Source of the DNA: an uncultured Ignavibacteriales bacterium
Lineage (GTDB): Bacteria > Zixibacteria > MSB-5A5 > GN15 > FEB-12
Length of the DNA stretch: 64,000 nt
Direction: 5' to 3'
NCBI GenBank assembly: GCA_964612145.1
Contig: CAZTBP010000005.1
Coordinates: 71,749 to 135,748 of the forward strand
Under the pieces are notes generated by a model. That model saw only the letters and a program-made list of their open reading frames with translations. It did not search any database and was not told the DNA's origin. Made by a program: the position numbers and the translations under genes. Each line of letters begins with the position of its first letter. Positions within the stretch are counted from its first letter, which is position 1. Shown piece by piece: positions 49,659 through 59,960 of the stretch.

Positions 49659-49937
49659 ATGACTAAAGAAGAGATGATCAATCACATGGCCGAAACAGCA
49701 GGGATATCGAAACGTCAGGCCGGTGACGCGCTGGATGCCTTCATGGGCGGCGTGACCAAACAGCTGAAAAAGGACGAAAAAATCAGCTTTGCCGGTTTCG
49801 GCACATTTAGCGTATCGCAGCGCAAGGCTCGTACCGGTCGCAATCCGCAGACCGGCGAAGCCATTAAAATCCCGGCTACCAAGGTTCCGGTTTTCAAGGC
49901 CGGCAAGAACCTCAAGGATGCCATCAAGAAGAAATAA
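49659..49937 (+). CDS. hup: HU family DNA-binding protein
   Basis: 92 aa. FAGFGTFSVSQRKARTGRNPQTGEAIKIPATKVPVFKAGK is the HU/IHF arm. AAGGAGGG SD. Confidence 0.95.
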   Translation: MTKEEMINHMAETAGISKRQAGDALDAFMGGVTKQLKKDEKISFAGFGTFSVSQRKARTGRNPQTGEAIKIPATKVPVFKAGKNLKDAIKKK

Positions 49938-49959
49938 GCTGATCTGCGCTGGCTTGCGA

Positions 49960-49989
49960 GGGCAGGGAATGTCTCCCTGCCCTTTTTTT
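49960..49989 (+). terminator. Rho-independent terminator after hup
   Basis: GGGCAGGGA-ATGTC-TCCCTGCCC, a 9-bp stem, followed by TTTTTTT. Confidence 0.8.
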
Positions 49990-50041
49990 GCCGTTTTTTG
50001 TAGTTGAAAAATCATACGCGAATTCCGAGCTTGATTGGATA

Positions 50042-52438
50042 ATGGCAACCAAACGAAAAAAACGACCGACCACGAACAAGAAACAATCTTCCACCGGATT
50101 TTCCGAACGGGTCCGGCAGGCAGTAGCGGTCTTCCTGACCCTGGTCGGCCTGCTGTTCCTGATCGCCCTGATCTCCCACAGCAACCTTGACGACCGACGG
50201 ATTACCGGCGAGGTCGACAGCCATCTCCCGCTGCTCGATATGCAGTATCGCAACCAGGGCGGAATGGTCGGGGCCTATGTGTCGTTTTTCTTCCTGCTTC
50301 TATTTGGCTGGCTGTCGTACTTTCTCCCGATCGCGCTGGGGCTTGCCGCGCTGCGGACATTTGCCAAAGACAAGGCTGACAGGCTTCGGTTCAACGCCCT
50401 GTTGCTCGGGGCGATCTCCCTGCTCGGCACCATGATATATAATGTCCATCTGGTGGCCGAGCGAACCCTCGACAACGACAGCGGTGCCGCCGGCGGCTAC
50501 CTCGGCGAAAACCTGACGGCGTTGTCGATCAAGCTGGTCGGATCACTGGGATCATATGTCCTGCTTGGTGGGATTATCCTTATGTTGCTGATACTGTACA
50601 CATCCGTTACGCCAGTGCTCAGCAGCCATCTTCGCCTCCCCGGTGCCGATACCCTGCGCCGAGGCTACCATGCTCTCGGGCGTAGCCTTGGCAGCTTCTT
50701 CTCGTTTGACTGGCTGCCCCGTTCGTCGCAAAGCGATACCGACGACGAGAGTGAAGAAGATGAGTGGCCAGGCAGGAGCCATCGTAAAAGAGACAGCTCC
50801 GAGAAATTCGATGAAATGCTCAGTGAACAACTCGAGACAGACTTGGACGACACCGATGACCGGGATGACGCGGGCGAAAAAGAAGCCGGAAAGAAAAACA
50901 AAACCAGGAAAGAGGTAAAATCCGGTCGCAATGCAACGCTTCATCGCGGCGGAGAACCGGTTTCTCTGGGCTCGATAGAGTACACGTTTCCACCGATGTC
51001 CTGTTTGACTCAGAACCCTAATCCGGGCCCGACTGTCAGTGATGACGAGCTCAAATTCACCTCCCAGATGCTAAAAAAAACACTTGAGACATTTGGTGTA
51101 AGTGTTTCAGGTGAAATCGAATATTACCCCGGCCCAGTCATTACCCGCTACGAATTGAAACCGGCTGCCGGCGTGAAAGTAAACCAGATTCTGAATCTGT
51201 CGGATGATCTTGCACTGGCGCTAAAGGCCAAGCGTATTCGGATTGTGGCGCCTATTCCCGGAAAAGCTGCAGTCGGGATCGAGATCCCCAACCGCAAAGC
51301 CCAGATTGTTCATTTGCGGGATGTGCTGGAAAGCGACGCCTATAACAGGAAGGAGATGCGGCTCCCGCTGGCTCTTGGCAAGTCGATCTCCGGTCAGCCG
51401 TATGTGGTTGATCTCGCCAAACTGCCGCACCTGTTAATTGCCGGGGCCACCGGATCCGGAAAATCGGTCTGCATGAACGTGTTAGTCACGTCGTTGCTGT
51501 TCAAGCGCCATCCGCACCAGATCCGCTTCATAATGGTAGACCCCAAGATGCTCGAACTGACCGTCTATTCCGGCATCCCGCATCTCGGCAGACCGGTTGT
51601 CACCAACCCCAAACGGGCGGAAAAGGTGCTGTCTGATGCCGTTGTCGAGATGGAGCATCGCTACCGCAAGCTGGCCAATGTGTCGGTGCGTAATATCGAA
51701 GATTATAATAAGAAGATGACCTGCGATGACAAGAAACTCCCGTATATCGTCATCATGGTCGACGAGCTGGCTGACCTGCTCATGTCGGCCAGTTCGTCCA
51801 AAACAGAGATGTTGATCACCCGTCTGGCGCAGATGGCCCGCGCGGTCGGTATACACCTCGTTCTGGCGACACAGAGGCCCTCGGTCGATGTTATCACGGG
51901 ATTGATCAAGGCCAATTTCCCGGCCCGGATTGGGTTTCAGGTGTCGTCTAAAGTCGACTCGCGGACAATTCTCGATGCCAACGGGGCCGAAAAACTCCTC
52001 GGCTCGGGCGACATGCTGTTCCTGCACCCGGGACAGCCGGAAGCTACCCGGGTCCACGGCGCCTACATTACCGGCGAGGAAACCGAGCAGATTGTCGGCT
52101 TCATCAAAGACCAGGATCTCCCGATGCTGACCTTGGAGAACATCTCTCAGGCGACCGGTGAAACCACCGAAATCGAGCAGATTGACTTCGGCGACCCCCT
52201 GTTCAAAGAAGCCTGCGAGGTCTGTGTCAGGCACAAACAGGGCTCGGTTTCGCTGCTGCAACGCCGACTGGGGATAGGGTATCAACGGGCAGCTCGTCTT
52301 ATCGATAAGCTGGAGCAGGCCGGAGTGGTGTCGCCGTTCGACGGCTCTAAGGCGCGAGAAGTAATGGTTGATAAGTCATTCCTTGAAACGCTGTTCTCCG
52401 GCCAGGGTGTTGGGGCCGGCGAGAGCGAGTCAAACTAA
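50042..52438 (+). CDS. ftsK: DNA translocase FtsK
   Basis: N-terminal TM helices, an acidic linker, the motor domain with GATGSGKS Walker A and MVDELADL Walker B, and a gamma domain LLQRRLGIGYQRAARLIDKLEQAGVV. The ORF track starts at 49988. Confidence 0.95.
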   Translation: MATKRKKRPTTNKKQSSTGFSERVRQAVAVFLTLVGLLFLIALISHSNLDDRRITGEVDSHLPLLDMQYRNQGGMVGAYVSFFFLLLFGWLSYFLPIALGLAALRTFAKDKADRLRFNALLLGAISLLGTMIYNVHLVAERTLDNDSGAAGGYLGENLTALSIKLVGSLGSYVLLGGIILMLLILYTSVTPVLSSHLRLPGADTLRRGYHALGRSLGSFFSFDWLPRSSQSDTDDESEEDEWPGRSHRKRDSSEKFDEMLSEQLETDLDDTDDRDDAGEKEAGKKNKTRKEVKSGRNATLHRGGEPVSLGSIEYTFPPMSCLTQNPNPGPTVSDDELKFTSQMLKKTLETFGVSVSGEIEYYPGPVITRYELKPAAGVKVNQILNLSDDLALALKAKRIRIVAPIPGKAAVGIEIPNRKAQIVHLRDVLESDAYNRKEMRLPLALGKSISGQPYVVDLAKLPHLLIAGATGSGKSVCMNVLVTSLLFKRHPHQIRFIMVDPKMLELTVYSGIPHLGRPVVTNPKRAEKVLSDAVVEMEHRYRKLANVSVRNIEDYNKKMTCDDKKLPYIVIMVDELADLLMSASSSKTEMLITRLAQMARAVGIHLVLATQRPSVDVITGLIKANFPARIGFQVSSKVDSRTILDANGAEKLLGSGDMLFLHPGQPEATRVHGAYITGEETEQIVGFIKDQDLPMLTLENISQATGETTEIEQIDFGDPLFKEACEVCVRHKQGSVSLLQRRLGIGYQRAARLIDKLEQAGVVSPFDGSKAREVMVDKSFLETLFSGQGVGAGESESN

Positions 52439-52464
52439 TCCTCCGAAAAAGCGTATAACTGGCG

Positions 52465-53073
52465 ATGAGAAAACTGGTTACATGGCCGTTAACGGTTCTG
52501 GGGCTGATGGCCGCGACTGCAATCGCCGCCGACAGTTTCGAAAAAGTCAAGTCGCAGTTCGCCAACGCAACCTGTGTGCATATCGAGTTCATCTCCATAA
52601 TCGATTCAGATATTTTCAACACGGTCGACTCGATATACGGTGTGGCCGACATTGCGCAGGACGGGCGCTTCTATGTCCGGATCGGCGCTGAGGAATACCT
52701 GTACGACAACCAGAACCTGTATACTTACTCCGTTCACACCAATCAGGTCATAATCGACCAACCGTTGAACAACCTGTTTGCCGGCAGCGAGATAGCTATG
52801 ATTACCCGCATGAACGAGTACTACGACACCGAAACAATCCAGACAGACGCCAGCTACCGGCTCTACAAGAAGCGAGCGGAAGATACCGGCCTGCCCGATA
52901 CGGTAACCGTGCAGTTGCAGGAAGATACCGGCCAGATAGCCTGGCTTCGCTATCTCGACATAAACCGCGATCCCAATACTATCCTTATGCGCCACCAGCG
53001 CGTATCTGACGACTGCGACAGCAGCCTGTTCATTCCGTCCTTTCCCGACTCCGCCGAACGTGTTAGATTGTAG
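52465..53073 (+). CDS. lolA: LolA-like outer-membrane lipoprotein carrier protein
   Basis: Signal peptide MRKLVTWPLTVLGLMAATAIA. Size (202 aa), beta-rich composition and the classic ftsK-lolA synteny support the call, but sequence motifs are weak. Confidence 0.55.
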   Translation: MRKLVTWPLTVLGLMAATAIAADSFEKVKSQFANATCVHIEFISIIDSDIFNTVDSIYGVADIAQDGRFYVRIGAEEYLYDNQNLYTYSVHTNQVIIDQPLNNLFAGSEIAMITRMNEYYDTETIQTDASYRLYKKRAEDTGLPDTVTVQLQEDTGQIAWLRYLDINRDPNTILMRHQRVSDDCDSSLFIPSFPDSAERVRL

Positions 53074-53082
53074 CCCCTGATT

Positions 53083-54414
53083 ATGAAATTTTATATTCAC
53101 AAACTCGGCTGCCCGAAAAACGACGTCGACGCCGACTACATTGCCGCCCGACTGATCGATGCCGGCCACCAACCGGTGACACAGCCGGATCAGGCCGAGT
53201 CCATAGTTGTCAATACCTGCGGGTTTATTCTTCCGGCCAAGGAAGAGTCGATCAACGAACTGATCCGGCTGGGTGAGTTGAAGAAAGACGGACGGCTCAA
53301 GAGCCTCTATGCCACCGGCTGCTTATCGCAGCGCTACGGCGACGACATGCTGAAGGAAATTTCGGAGCTCGACGGCGCTTTTGGGCACGGTGCATTAGAG
53401 TCTATTGCAACCGCTGTCGGGGCGGCCTCCCATGCCGACAAAGCGGTGCGGCTTGAGCCGCGCAAACTGGCGTACTTGAGTTGGAAGCATCGCTTTATAT
53501 CCGACCCCTATCCCTGGACATACCTTAAAGTTTCCGACGGCTGTGATCGCGGCTGCACCTACTGTGCGATTCCCGGCATGCGTGGCCGCTTTCGCTCACG
53601 CCCACTGGACTCGATTCTCAACGAGGCTCAATTCCTGGCCGACAACGGCAAGCGGGAACTGATCCTCGTTTCTCAGGAGGCGACCTTGTGGGGATATGAC
53701 ATGAAGGGCCAACCGGGCGTCCTGGACCTGCTTCGCGAATTGGACAGGATCGACGGTATCGAATGGATCCGCCTGATGTATCTCTATCCCGCCGCCTTGA
53801 AGCGAGAGCATATTGAGTATATCGCGGATGACACCAACAAGACAGTCAACTATTTCGATCTTCCTCTTCAGCATATCAATTCCGACATCCTGACGGGCAT
53901 GCGCCGCAACGTGAATCGTCCTGAGATCGAACAGGAACTCAATACCATCCGTGAAGTAAGCGATGACTCCGTTATTCGCACGACCTTCATTGTCGGTTTC
54001 CCCGGTGAGACCGAAGGACGCTATGAAGAATTGCGCACGTTCGTGGAAGACTTCGAATTCGACCGGATGGGTGTGTTTACATACTCGCCGGAGGAGGGCA
54101 CGCCGGCGGAGCAATATGACAATCAGGTTGAAGAGGAAGTTAAACAGGAGCGGCTGGATGAACTGATGTCCATTCAGCGTGAAATAGCTTTTGACAAAAA
54201 TCTTGCCCTGGTGGGTAAAACTCTCGACGTTATGATTGATACGGTTTCCCAAGGCGATATGTCGGTCGGACGAACTGCCGGCGACTGCCCGGAAATCGAT
54301 CAGGAAGTGTATGTGAGTGGAGACAAATTCGAGGTCGGTCAAATCTGCCGAGTCCGGATTGACTCTGCCGACGGGTACGATCTTCGAGGCAACAAAGTCG
54401 GAGTTCGAAAATGA
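53083..54414 (+). CDS. rimO: Ribosomal protein S12 methylthiotransferase RimO
   Basis: KLGCPKNDVDAD N-terminal UPF0004 domain, radical-SAM CDRGCTYCAIP and a C-terminal TRAM domain. Confidence 0.85.
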   Translation: MKFYIHKLGCPKNDVDADYIAARLIDAGHQPVTQPDQAESIVVNTCGFILPAKEESINELIRLGELKKDGRLKSLYATGCLSQRYGDDMLKEISELDGAFGHGALESIATAVGAASHADKAVRLEPRKLAYLSWKHRFISDPYPWTYLKVSDGCDRGCTYCAIPGMRGRFRSRPLDSILNEAQFLADNGKRELILVSQEATLWGYDMKGQPGVLDLLRELDRIDGIEWIRLMYLYPAALKREHIEYIADDTNKTVNYFDLPLQHINSDILTGMRRNVNRPEIEQELNTIREVSDDSVIRTTFIVGFPGETEGRYEELRTFVEDFEFDRMGVFTYSPEEGTPAEQYDNQVEEEVKQERLDELMSIQREIAFDKNLALVGKTLDVMIDTVSQGDMSVGRTAGDCPEIDQEVYVSGDKFEVGQICRVRIDSADGYDLRGNKVGVRK

Positions 54415-55055
54415 TTCAGTTTGAGAAGCTGGGAATCTTCCTCGCCAAACCGGTCGCTTTTATCCTGGTCGTTATTTACTTACTCCAATCCGGCCTTCTG
54501 GTCTACCTGGTGAAAGAAAAATATGACCTGGAGAAACAGCTCTCGTTCCAGCAGAGCCGCATCGATGCGCTCGAAGAAAAACTGCAGATATTCAAAGCAA
54601 TCGAGGATTTCCAAATTGGTTTCAACACCGAGGAAACCATGCAGCTCACCGAAGTAATTTACAGTGAGAGTGAAAGATACGACTACGATCCGCTTTTTGT
54701 GCTGGCCATCATCCTGACAGAATCGTCGCTGAAAAAAGGCCAGACCTCCTGGTTCGGGGCCAGGGGCTTGATGCAAGTCGTCCCGTTTGTCGGCGAGGAC
54801 CTGGCCAATAGATCAGGGGTTGACTGGGAAGGCGTCGAGACATTATTTGAGCCGGACAAGAACATCAAACTGGGAACACTCCACCTGTTTGAACAAATAC
54901 TCGCTTTCGGCAATGTCAAGGAAGCGCTCGTAGCATACAACGTCGGCCCAACTCGGCTCAGGGGCCTGCAGCGCGAGGACAAACCGATGCCGAAACGATA
55001 CCTGAATAAGGTCGTGGCGAATTACAAAATGTTGAAGGAGGCGTACCGGGCTTGA
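54411..55055 (+). CDS. Lytic transglycosylase (SLT domain), membrane-anchored
   Basis: N-terminal TM and a coiled segment, then AIILTESSL (catalytic Glu), GLMQV and AYNVGP motifs. ATGA overlap with rimO. Confidence 0.85.
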   Translation: MIQFEKLGIFLAKPVAFILVVIYLLQSGLLVYLVKEKYDLEKQLSFQQSRIDALEEKLQIFKAIEDFQIGFNTEETMQLTEVIYSESERYDYDPLFVLAIILTESSLKKGQTSWFGARGLMQVVPFVGEDLANRSGVDWEGVETLFEPDKNIKLGTLHLFEQILAFGNVKEALVAYNVGPTRLRGLQREDKPMPKRYLNKVVANYKMLKEAYRA

Positions 55056-55984
55056 CCAACCGCCGTTTCAAAACTCCAGTTGTCGCCGTTCTGGCTTTGA
55101 CCGTGCTACTCGCTTCCTGCGGAGGACCGCCCAAAGTAGCCGACCTGGGACCCCGCGAACTATATGAGGTCGGCAAGCAGCAGTATGACAAAGAGAAGTA
55201 CCGCCGCGCTGTCGACTACTTCCAGAGCATCGTCTTCAATTTCCCCGGCAATTCGGTAGTGGACACCGCCCAGTATTATCTCGGGCTGTCTTATTTCGGG
55301 AGCGAAGAGTATGAACTGGCGGCAATCGAATTCAACCGCCTGGCGCTAAACTATCCGTCCTCGGAGTTTTTTGAGAACGCCGTCTTCATGCGCGCCGTTT
55401 CCGTCTATGAATCTACACCAAAACACCACGGTCTCGACCAGACCGAACTCGAACAGGCGATCATCCAGCTTGAGGACTTTCTCATAGATTTCCCGGAATC
55501 CGAACTCGTTCCGGATGCCAAGAAATACCTGAACGCCGCGCTCACGCGAATGGCTCACAAGTACTACGACGCTGGGCTGGTCTACGAACGGATCGGCGCC
55601 CCGAAAGCAGCCAGGATATACTTTCAGAAAGTCATCGACGACTACACCGACACCGAGTACGCTGCTGACGCCACCTATCACTATGCGCTCATGGAACTCC
55701 GCCTGAAAAACTACGATGACGCTCGGCGACAGTTCGAGAATTTCGCTGCCGTCTTTGATCAGCATGAACTGGTCGATGAAGCCAGAGAGAAGGCTGCCGA
55801 GGCCGCCTTCAAGCATTGCCGCAAATCATTTGAGGAGGGTGATCTCTCTGCTGCCCGGGAGTGCCTGGTCCAGTTCAAATCAAATTATCCCGATAATGGC
55901 AAAATCGATGACGCCGATGACATTATCGAGAAGATTGACGCCGGACCGAACGAAGAGAACACGAAGGAACATGCCGGCACCTGA
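55052..55984 (+). CDS. bamD: Outer-membrane protein assembly factor BamD (TPR lipoprotein)
   Basis: The TTG start overlaps the SLT stop. Lipobox LTVLLASCGG. TPR-like repeats (YEVGKQQYDKEKYRRAVDYFQSIV...). Confidence 0.7.
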   Translation: MTNRRFKTPVVAVLALTVLLASCGGPPKVADLGPRELYEVGKQQYDKEKYRRAVDYFQSIVFNFPGNSVVDTAQYYLGLSYFGSEEYELAAIEFNRLALNYPSSEFFENAVFMRAVSVYESTPKHHGLDQTELEQAIIQLEDFLIDFPESELVPDAKKYLNAALTRMAHKYYDAGLVYERIGAPKAARIYFQKVIDDYTDTEYAADATYHYALMELRLKNYDDARRQFENFAAVFDQHELVDEAREKAAEAAFKHCRKSFEEGDLSAARECLVQFKSNYPDNGKIDDADDIIEKIDAGPNEENTKEHAGT

Positions 55985-56579
55985 CGATGGCGGAATCTGG
56001 GGGGTTCTTGGTGGCGCGTACGATCCCTTCCACTACGGTCACCTGATGCTGGCTGAAGAAATCCGGGATGCTAAGAGACTGACCGGCGTCCTCTTTGTCC
56101 CCGCCTACAATCACCCTTTCAAGAATGACACGGCCCGTGCTACCTATACCCAGCGGGTGGCCATGACCCGTTTGGGCCTGCAAACGTCGCCAAACCTGTT
56201 GGTCAATGAAATTGAAGCCGAGGAAAACCTGCCGGGATACACAATCGACACCATCAAAGCGCTCAAAAAGCGATTTCCCCGGTCTGTTTTTCGCTTTATC
56301 ATTGGAGCAGATAATCTCGAACAAATCAAGGACTGGCACCGCCCGCAGGAGCTTTTGCAGGAAGTCAATATCCTGGCCGGAGCGCGGCCAGGATATGAGC
56401 TGAAACCGCTTAAGGGCCCACCGTCCAGTAGTATCGAACTTGTCGAGGTTAACACGCCGGATATTTCCTCAACCCGGTTGCGACGAGAGTTGAGAGAGGG
56501 AACTCCGTGTGAGAAGTTACTCGAGTTCATCCCTCAAGCGGTGTGCGACTATATTCGGAAGGAAAAGCTGTACCAATGA
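55971..56579 (+). CDS. nadD: Nicotinate-nucleotide adenylyltransferase
   Basis: GGAYDPFHYGHL (HxGH) and ISSTRLR motifs. ATG 55971 overlaps the bamD end by 14 nt. The track ORF start 55716 is an upstream extension. Confidence 0.9.
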   Translation: MPAPDDGGIWGVLGGAYDPFHYGHLMLAEEIRDAKRLTGVLFVPAYNHPFKNDTARATYTQRVAMTRLGLQTSPNLLVNEIEAEENLPGYTIDTIKALKKRFPRSVFRFIIGADNLEQIKDWHRPQELLQEVNILAGARPGYELKPLKGPPSSSIELVEVNTPDISSTRLRRELREGTPCEKLLEFIPQAVCDYIRKEKLYQ

Positions 56580-59299
56580 GTCCGAAGAAAAAGACCCTGT
56601 TTCTTATCGATGGCTCGGCGATATTCTATCGAGCTCACTTTGCCTTTATCCGCAACCCGTTGATTAATTCCAGGGGAGAGAACACATCGGCTGTCTTTGG
56701 CTTTGTCAATTCGCTGGTTAAGATTATTAAAGACGAATCTCCGGACTATATAGCGGTTGCCTGGGATACGGCGGCCCCAACCTTCCGCCACAAGCAATAC
56801 GAGGAATACAAATCCACCCGGGCCAAGATGCCGGAAGAACTGGTCGACCAGATCCCGGCCATTCGTGAGGCCGTGGAGGCCCTAAACATCGCTCACTTCG
56901 AGTTGGAAGGATATGAAGCCGATGATGTCATCGGTACTCTCGCCAAGAAGGCCGAAGAAGAGGGGCTCGAAGTCTGGTGTGTCACCGGTGACAAGGACTT
57001 CTACCAACTGGTAAATGACAATATCAGGATCTACAGCCCCAAACCCGGCTCGGAGCAGGCCGCCAAAATGGGTAGGGAAGAGGTCAAAGAGAAATTCGGC
57101 GTGTATCCCGAACGGATTATCGACAAACTTGCCATGATGGGCGACAGCTCCGACAACGTGCCGGGCATACCCGGTATCGGCGCCAAAACTGCCGACAAGC
57201 TGCTCGATCAGTTCGAGACCCTGGACAATGTACTTGAGCGCCACCAAGAGATCAAAGCCAAAGGCCTTCGTACGAAAGTCTCCGAGAACATTGAACAGGC
57301 TAAGCTCTCTCGGGAACTTGTTACGATCAAGACCGACGTTCCCATTGAGTGTGATTTCCCAAACCTCAAGCTCGGCGATCCTGACTACGAAAAACTCAAA
57401 GACCTCTTTTTGCGGCTCGAGTTTTACAACCTGCTAAAGGAACTGCTGCCGGAGAGCGTGGCCGGCGGCGTGACAAACGAAGCACCCAATGCCACCAAAG
57501 CCTCCTATCATACGGTCACATCGTTGGGTGATCTGAAGACGCTGCTAAAGAAATTCGCCGACCGTGATGAGATAGCAATTGATACCGAAACGACCTCGCT
57601 TGACCCGCTGGCTGCTGAACTGGTCGGCGTCTCACTGTCCGACCGGGCCAACGAAGGCTATTACTTGCCACTGGCTCATACCGTCGATGACGCCGTGAAT
57701 TTGCCAATGGATGAAGCCCTCAAGGAACTCAAGAAGCTCCTTGAGAACAAAAAAGTTCAGAAGATCGGCCAGAACATAAAATATGACCTGCACGTTCTCC
57801 GGCGCTACAGGATCGAGATTGAACCGGTTGGCTTTGATACCATGCTCGCATCGTACGTAGTCGACCCGTCATCACGGTCACATTCTCTCGACGCCCTTGC
57901 CCTTCAGTACTGCCAATACCAGATGCAGCCTATTTCCGAACTCATCGGCTCCGGAAAAAGACAGAAGTCGTTTGCCACTGTCCCGATCGATCTCGCTACG
58001 CACTACGCCGCTGAGGACGCCGATCTTACCTACCGCCTTCGCGGTGAACTGGCGCCGATCCTCGAACAGCATGAGATGCACAATGTGTATTACCAGATCG
58101 AACTGCCGCTTATCAAGGTGCTGGCCGATATGGAAACCGAAGGTGTGCGGGTCGATGCTGACTTCCTGGGTGAATTGTCCGGCGAAATGGAAGGTAAACT
58201 AAAAGATATCCAGACGGAAATCCATAAAATTGCCGGAATGGAGTTTAACATCAATTCTACCCAGCAGCTTTCTCACGTACTATTCGAAAAACTGAGCCTG
58301 CCGACCAAGGGTCGTACGAAGAAAAAGACCGGCTACTCGACCGACGTGCGGGTGCTTGAAGAACTCGCGGGCCTGCATGAACTACCGGCGATGATTCTTG
58401 ACTACCGTCAGTTGAACAAGCTAAAGAACACCTACATCGATGCGCTCCCGAAACTGATCCGCGACACCACCGGTCGCGTACATACATCATTCAACCAGAC
58501 TATTGCCGCTACCGGCAGACTCTCCTCGACCGATCCCAATCTCCAGAACATTCCGGTCCGCACTGAAGAGGGACGACAGATCAGGAAGGCTTTCGTGGCC
58601 CGCGATAACGATCATGTCCTCCTTGTCGCCGATTACTCCCAGATAGAGTTGCGCATTCTGGCCCACATGAGTGAAGACGATACGCTGATAGATGCATTCA
58701 AAAAAGGAGAGGACATTCACGCTCGCACCGCCGCCGAAGTGTACGGAGTTGACATTAAAGAAGTCACGCGTGAACAGCGCGGTGCAGCCAAGACGGCCAA
58801 TTTTGCCGTTATCTATGGCGTCACTGCCTACGGGTTGTCACAACAGTCCGAGCTCGATGTCGGCGAGGCAAGGGACTTCATCGACGCCTATTTCGAACGC
58901 TACCCGGGTGTCCGCGATTACCTGGAAAAGACCAAAGAGTTCGCCCGGGAGCACGGTTATGTATGCACCATGTTCAACCGTCGCCGCTATGTTCGGGAAA
59001 TCAACGACACGAAGAACCAGGTGCGTCAATTTGCCGAACGGGTTGCGATCAACAGCCCAATCCAGGGCACCGCAGCAGACATGATCAAGAAAGCGATGCT
59101 GCGCGTCCACAAGAATCTCGATGGTATGAGATCCAAGATGATCCTCCAGGTGCACGACGAACTGATTGTTGATGCACACAAAGACGAGCTCGACGACGCG
59201 CGCGAGATTGTCCAGGTTGGCATGGAAAAAGCCGTCAAGCTCAAAGTCCCGGTCGTAGTTGACATCGGGGCCGGTGATAACTGGCTCGACGCCAAGTAA
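56576..59299 (+). CDS. polA: DNA polymerase I (5'-3' exo, 3'-5' exo and polymerase domains)
   Basis: LIDGSAIFYRAHFA, GIPGIGAKTA, IAIDTETTSLD, YAAEDAD, RRAAKTANFAVIYG-like (RGAAKTANFAVIYG) and QVHDEL motifs. ATGA overlap with nadD. Confidence 0.96.
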   Translation: MSPKKKTLFLIDGSAIFYRAHFAFIRNPLINSRGENTSAVFGFVNSLVKIIKDESPDYIAVAWDTAAPTFRHKQYEEYKSTRAKMPEELVDQIPAIREAVEALNIAHFELEGYEADDVIGTLAKKAEEEGLEVWCVTGDKDFYQLVNDNIRIYSPKPGSEQAAKMGREEVKEKFGVYPERIIDKLAMMGDSSDNVPGIPGIGAKTADKLLDQFETLDNVLERHQEIKAKGLRTKVSENIEQAKLSRELVTIKTDVPIECDFPNLKLGDPDYEKLKDLFLRLEFYNLLKELLPESVAGGVTNEAPNATKASYHTVTSLGDLKTLLKKFADRDEIAIDTETTSLDPLAAELVGVSLSDRANEGYYLPLAHTVDDAVNLPMDEALKELKKLLENKKVQKIGQNIKYDLHVLRRYRIEIEPVGFDTMLASYVVDPSSRSHSLDALALQYCQYQMQPISELIGSGKRQKSFATVPIDLATHYAAEDADLTYRLRGELAPILEQHEMHNVYYQIELPLIKVLADMETEGVRVDADFLGELSGEMEGKLKDIQTEIHKIAGMEFNINSTQQLSHVLFEKLSLPTKGRTKKKTGYSTDVRVLEELAGLHELPAMILDYRQLNKLKNTYIDALPKLIRDTTGRVHTSFNQTIAATGRLSSTDPNLQNIPVRTEEGRQIRKAFVARDNDHVLLVADYSQIELRILAHMSEDDTLIDAFKKGEDIHARTAAEVYGVDIKEVTREQRGAAKTANFAVIYGVTAYGLSQQSELDVGEARDFIDAYFERYPGVRDYLEKTKEFAREHGYVCTMFNRRRYVREINDTKNQVRQFAERVAINSPIQGTAADMIKKAMLRVHKNLDGMRSKMILQVHDELIVDAHKDELDDAREIVQVGMEKAVKLKVPVVVDIGAGDNWLDAK

Positions 59300-59336
59300 T
59301 TCCCGTACAACGATACTTGCCCGCAGGCAATTCCCG

Positions 59337-59960
59337 ATGTTAATTACCGGCATGTACGTCGGGTTAACCGGACAGATTGGTGCGGGGAAGTCCACCGCAG
59401 CCGAGATACTTGAATCTTTGGGCGCCGTCGTGATTGATGCCGATCGACTGGGACGGCTTGTGGTCGACAGGTCGGCCCCGCTTCGGCGCAAGCTGGCGAG
59501 GGCATTTGGAGCCGACGTTATCACCCCGGGCGGCACGCTGGACCGTCGAAAAGTGGCCGAGCGCGCTTTTGTCGATCCCCAGGCCCGGCGCATCCTCAAT
59601 TCACTGGTCCATCCCTATCTGCTCAAAGAACTCGGCCGTGAAATGCGGCGGCTCGCGAAACACCATGACATGGTCGTTATCGATGCCGCTCTCTTGCTTG
59701 AGTGGGGGCTCGATTCAGACATGGATGCCACAATTGTAATTGAGGCATCCCAGCAGAAGCGTTTCGAACGTCTGGCCAAGCGCGGCCTTTCACCGGAGGA
59801 CGCAAAGGCACGCCAAAAGACGCAGGCTTCGGCGTCAGAATTCGGATCGCGGGCGACCTTTGTTGTTGAAAATAACGACAGCATAGATCAACTAGGAAGT
59901 CGCTTGAAAGCGGTATGGGAGAAACTCACCGCTCAAAATACATCCGAGGGGAAGGAATGA
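59337..59960 (+). CDS. coaE: Dephospho-CoA kinase
   Basis: VGLTGQIGAGKST P-loop and IDAALLLE. The start is ATG 59337 or ATG 59352 (MYVGLTG). Confidence 0.85.
   Translation: MLITGMYVGLTGQIGAGKSTAAEILESLGAVVIDADRLGRLVVDRSAPLRRKLARAFGADVITPGGTLDRRKVAERAFVDPQARRILNSLVHPYLLKELGREMRRLAKHHDMVVIDAALLLEWGLDSDMDATIVIEASQQKRFERLAKRGLSPEDAKARQKTQASASEFGSRATFVVENNDSIDQLGSRLKAVWEKLTAQNTSEGKE

Noticed and set aside
55716-55970. Upstream extension of the nadD ORF
   Set aside because: It lies wholly inside bamD in another frame. The conserved NadD N-terminus begins just after ATG 55971.
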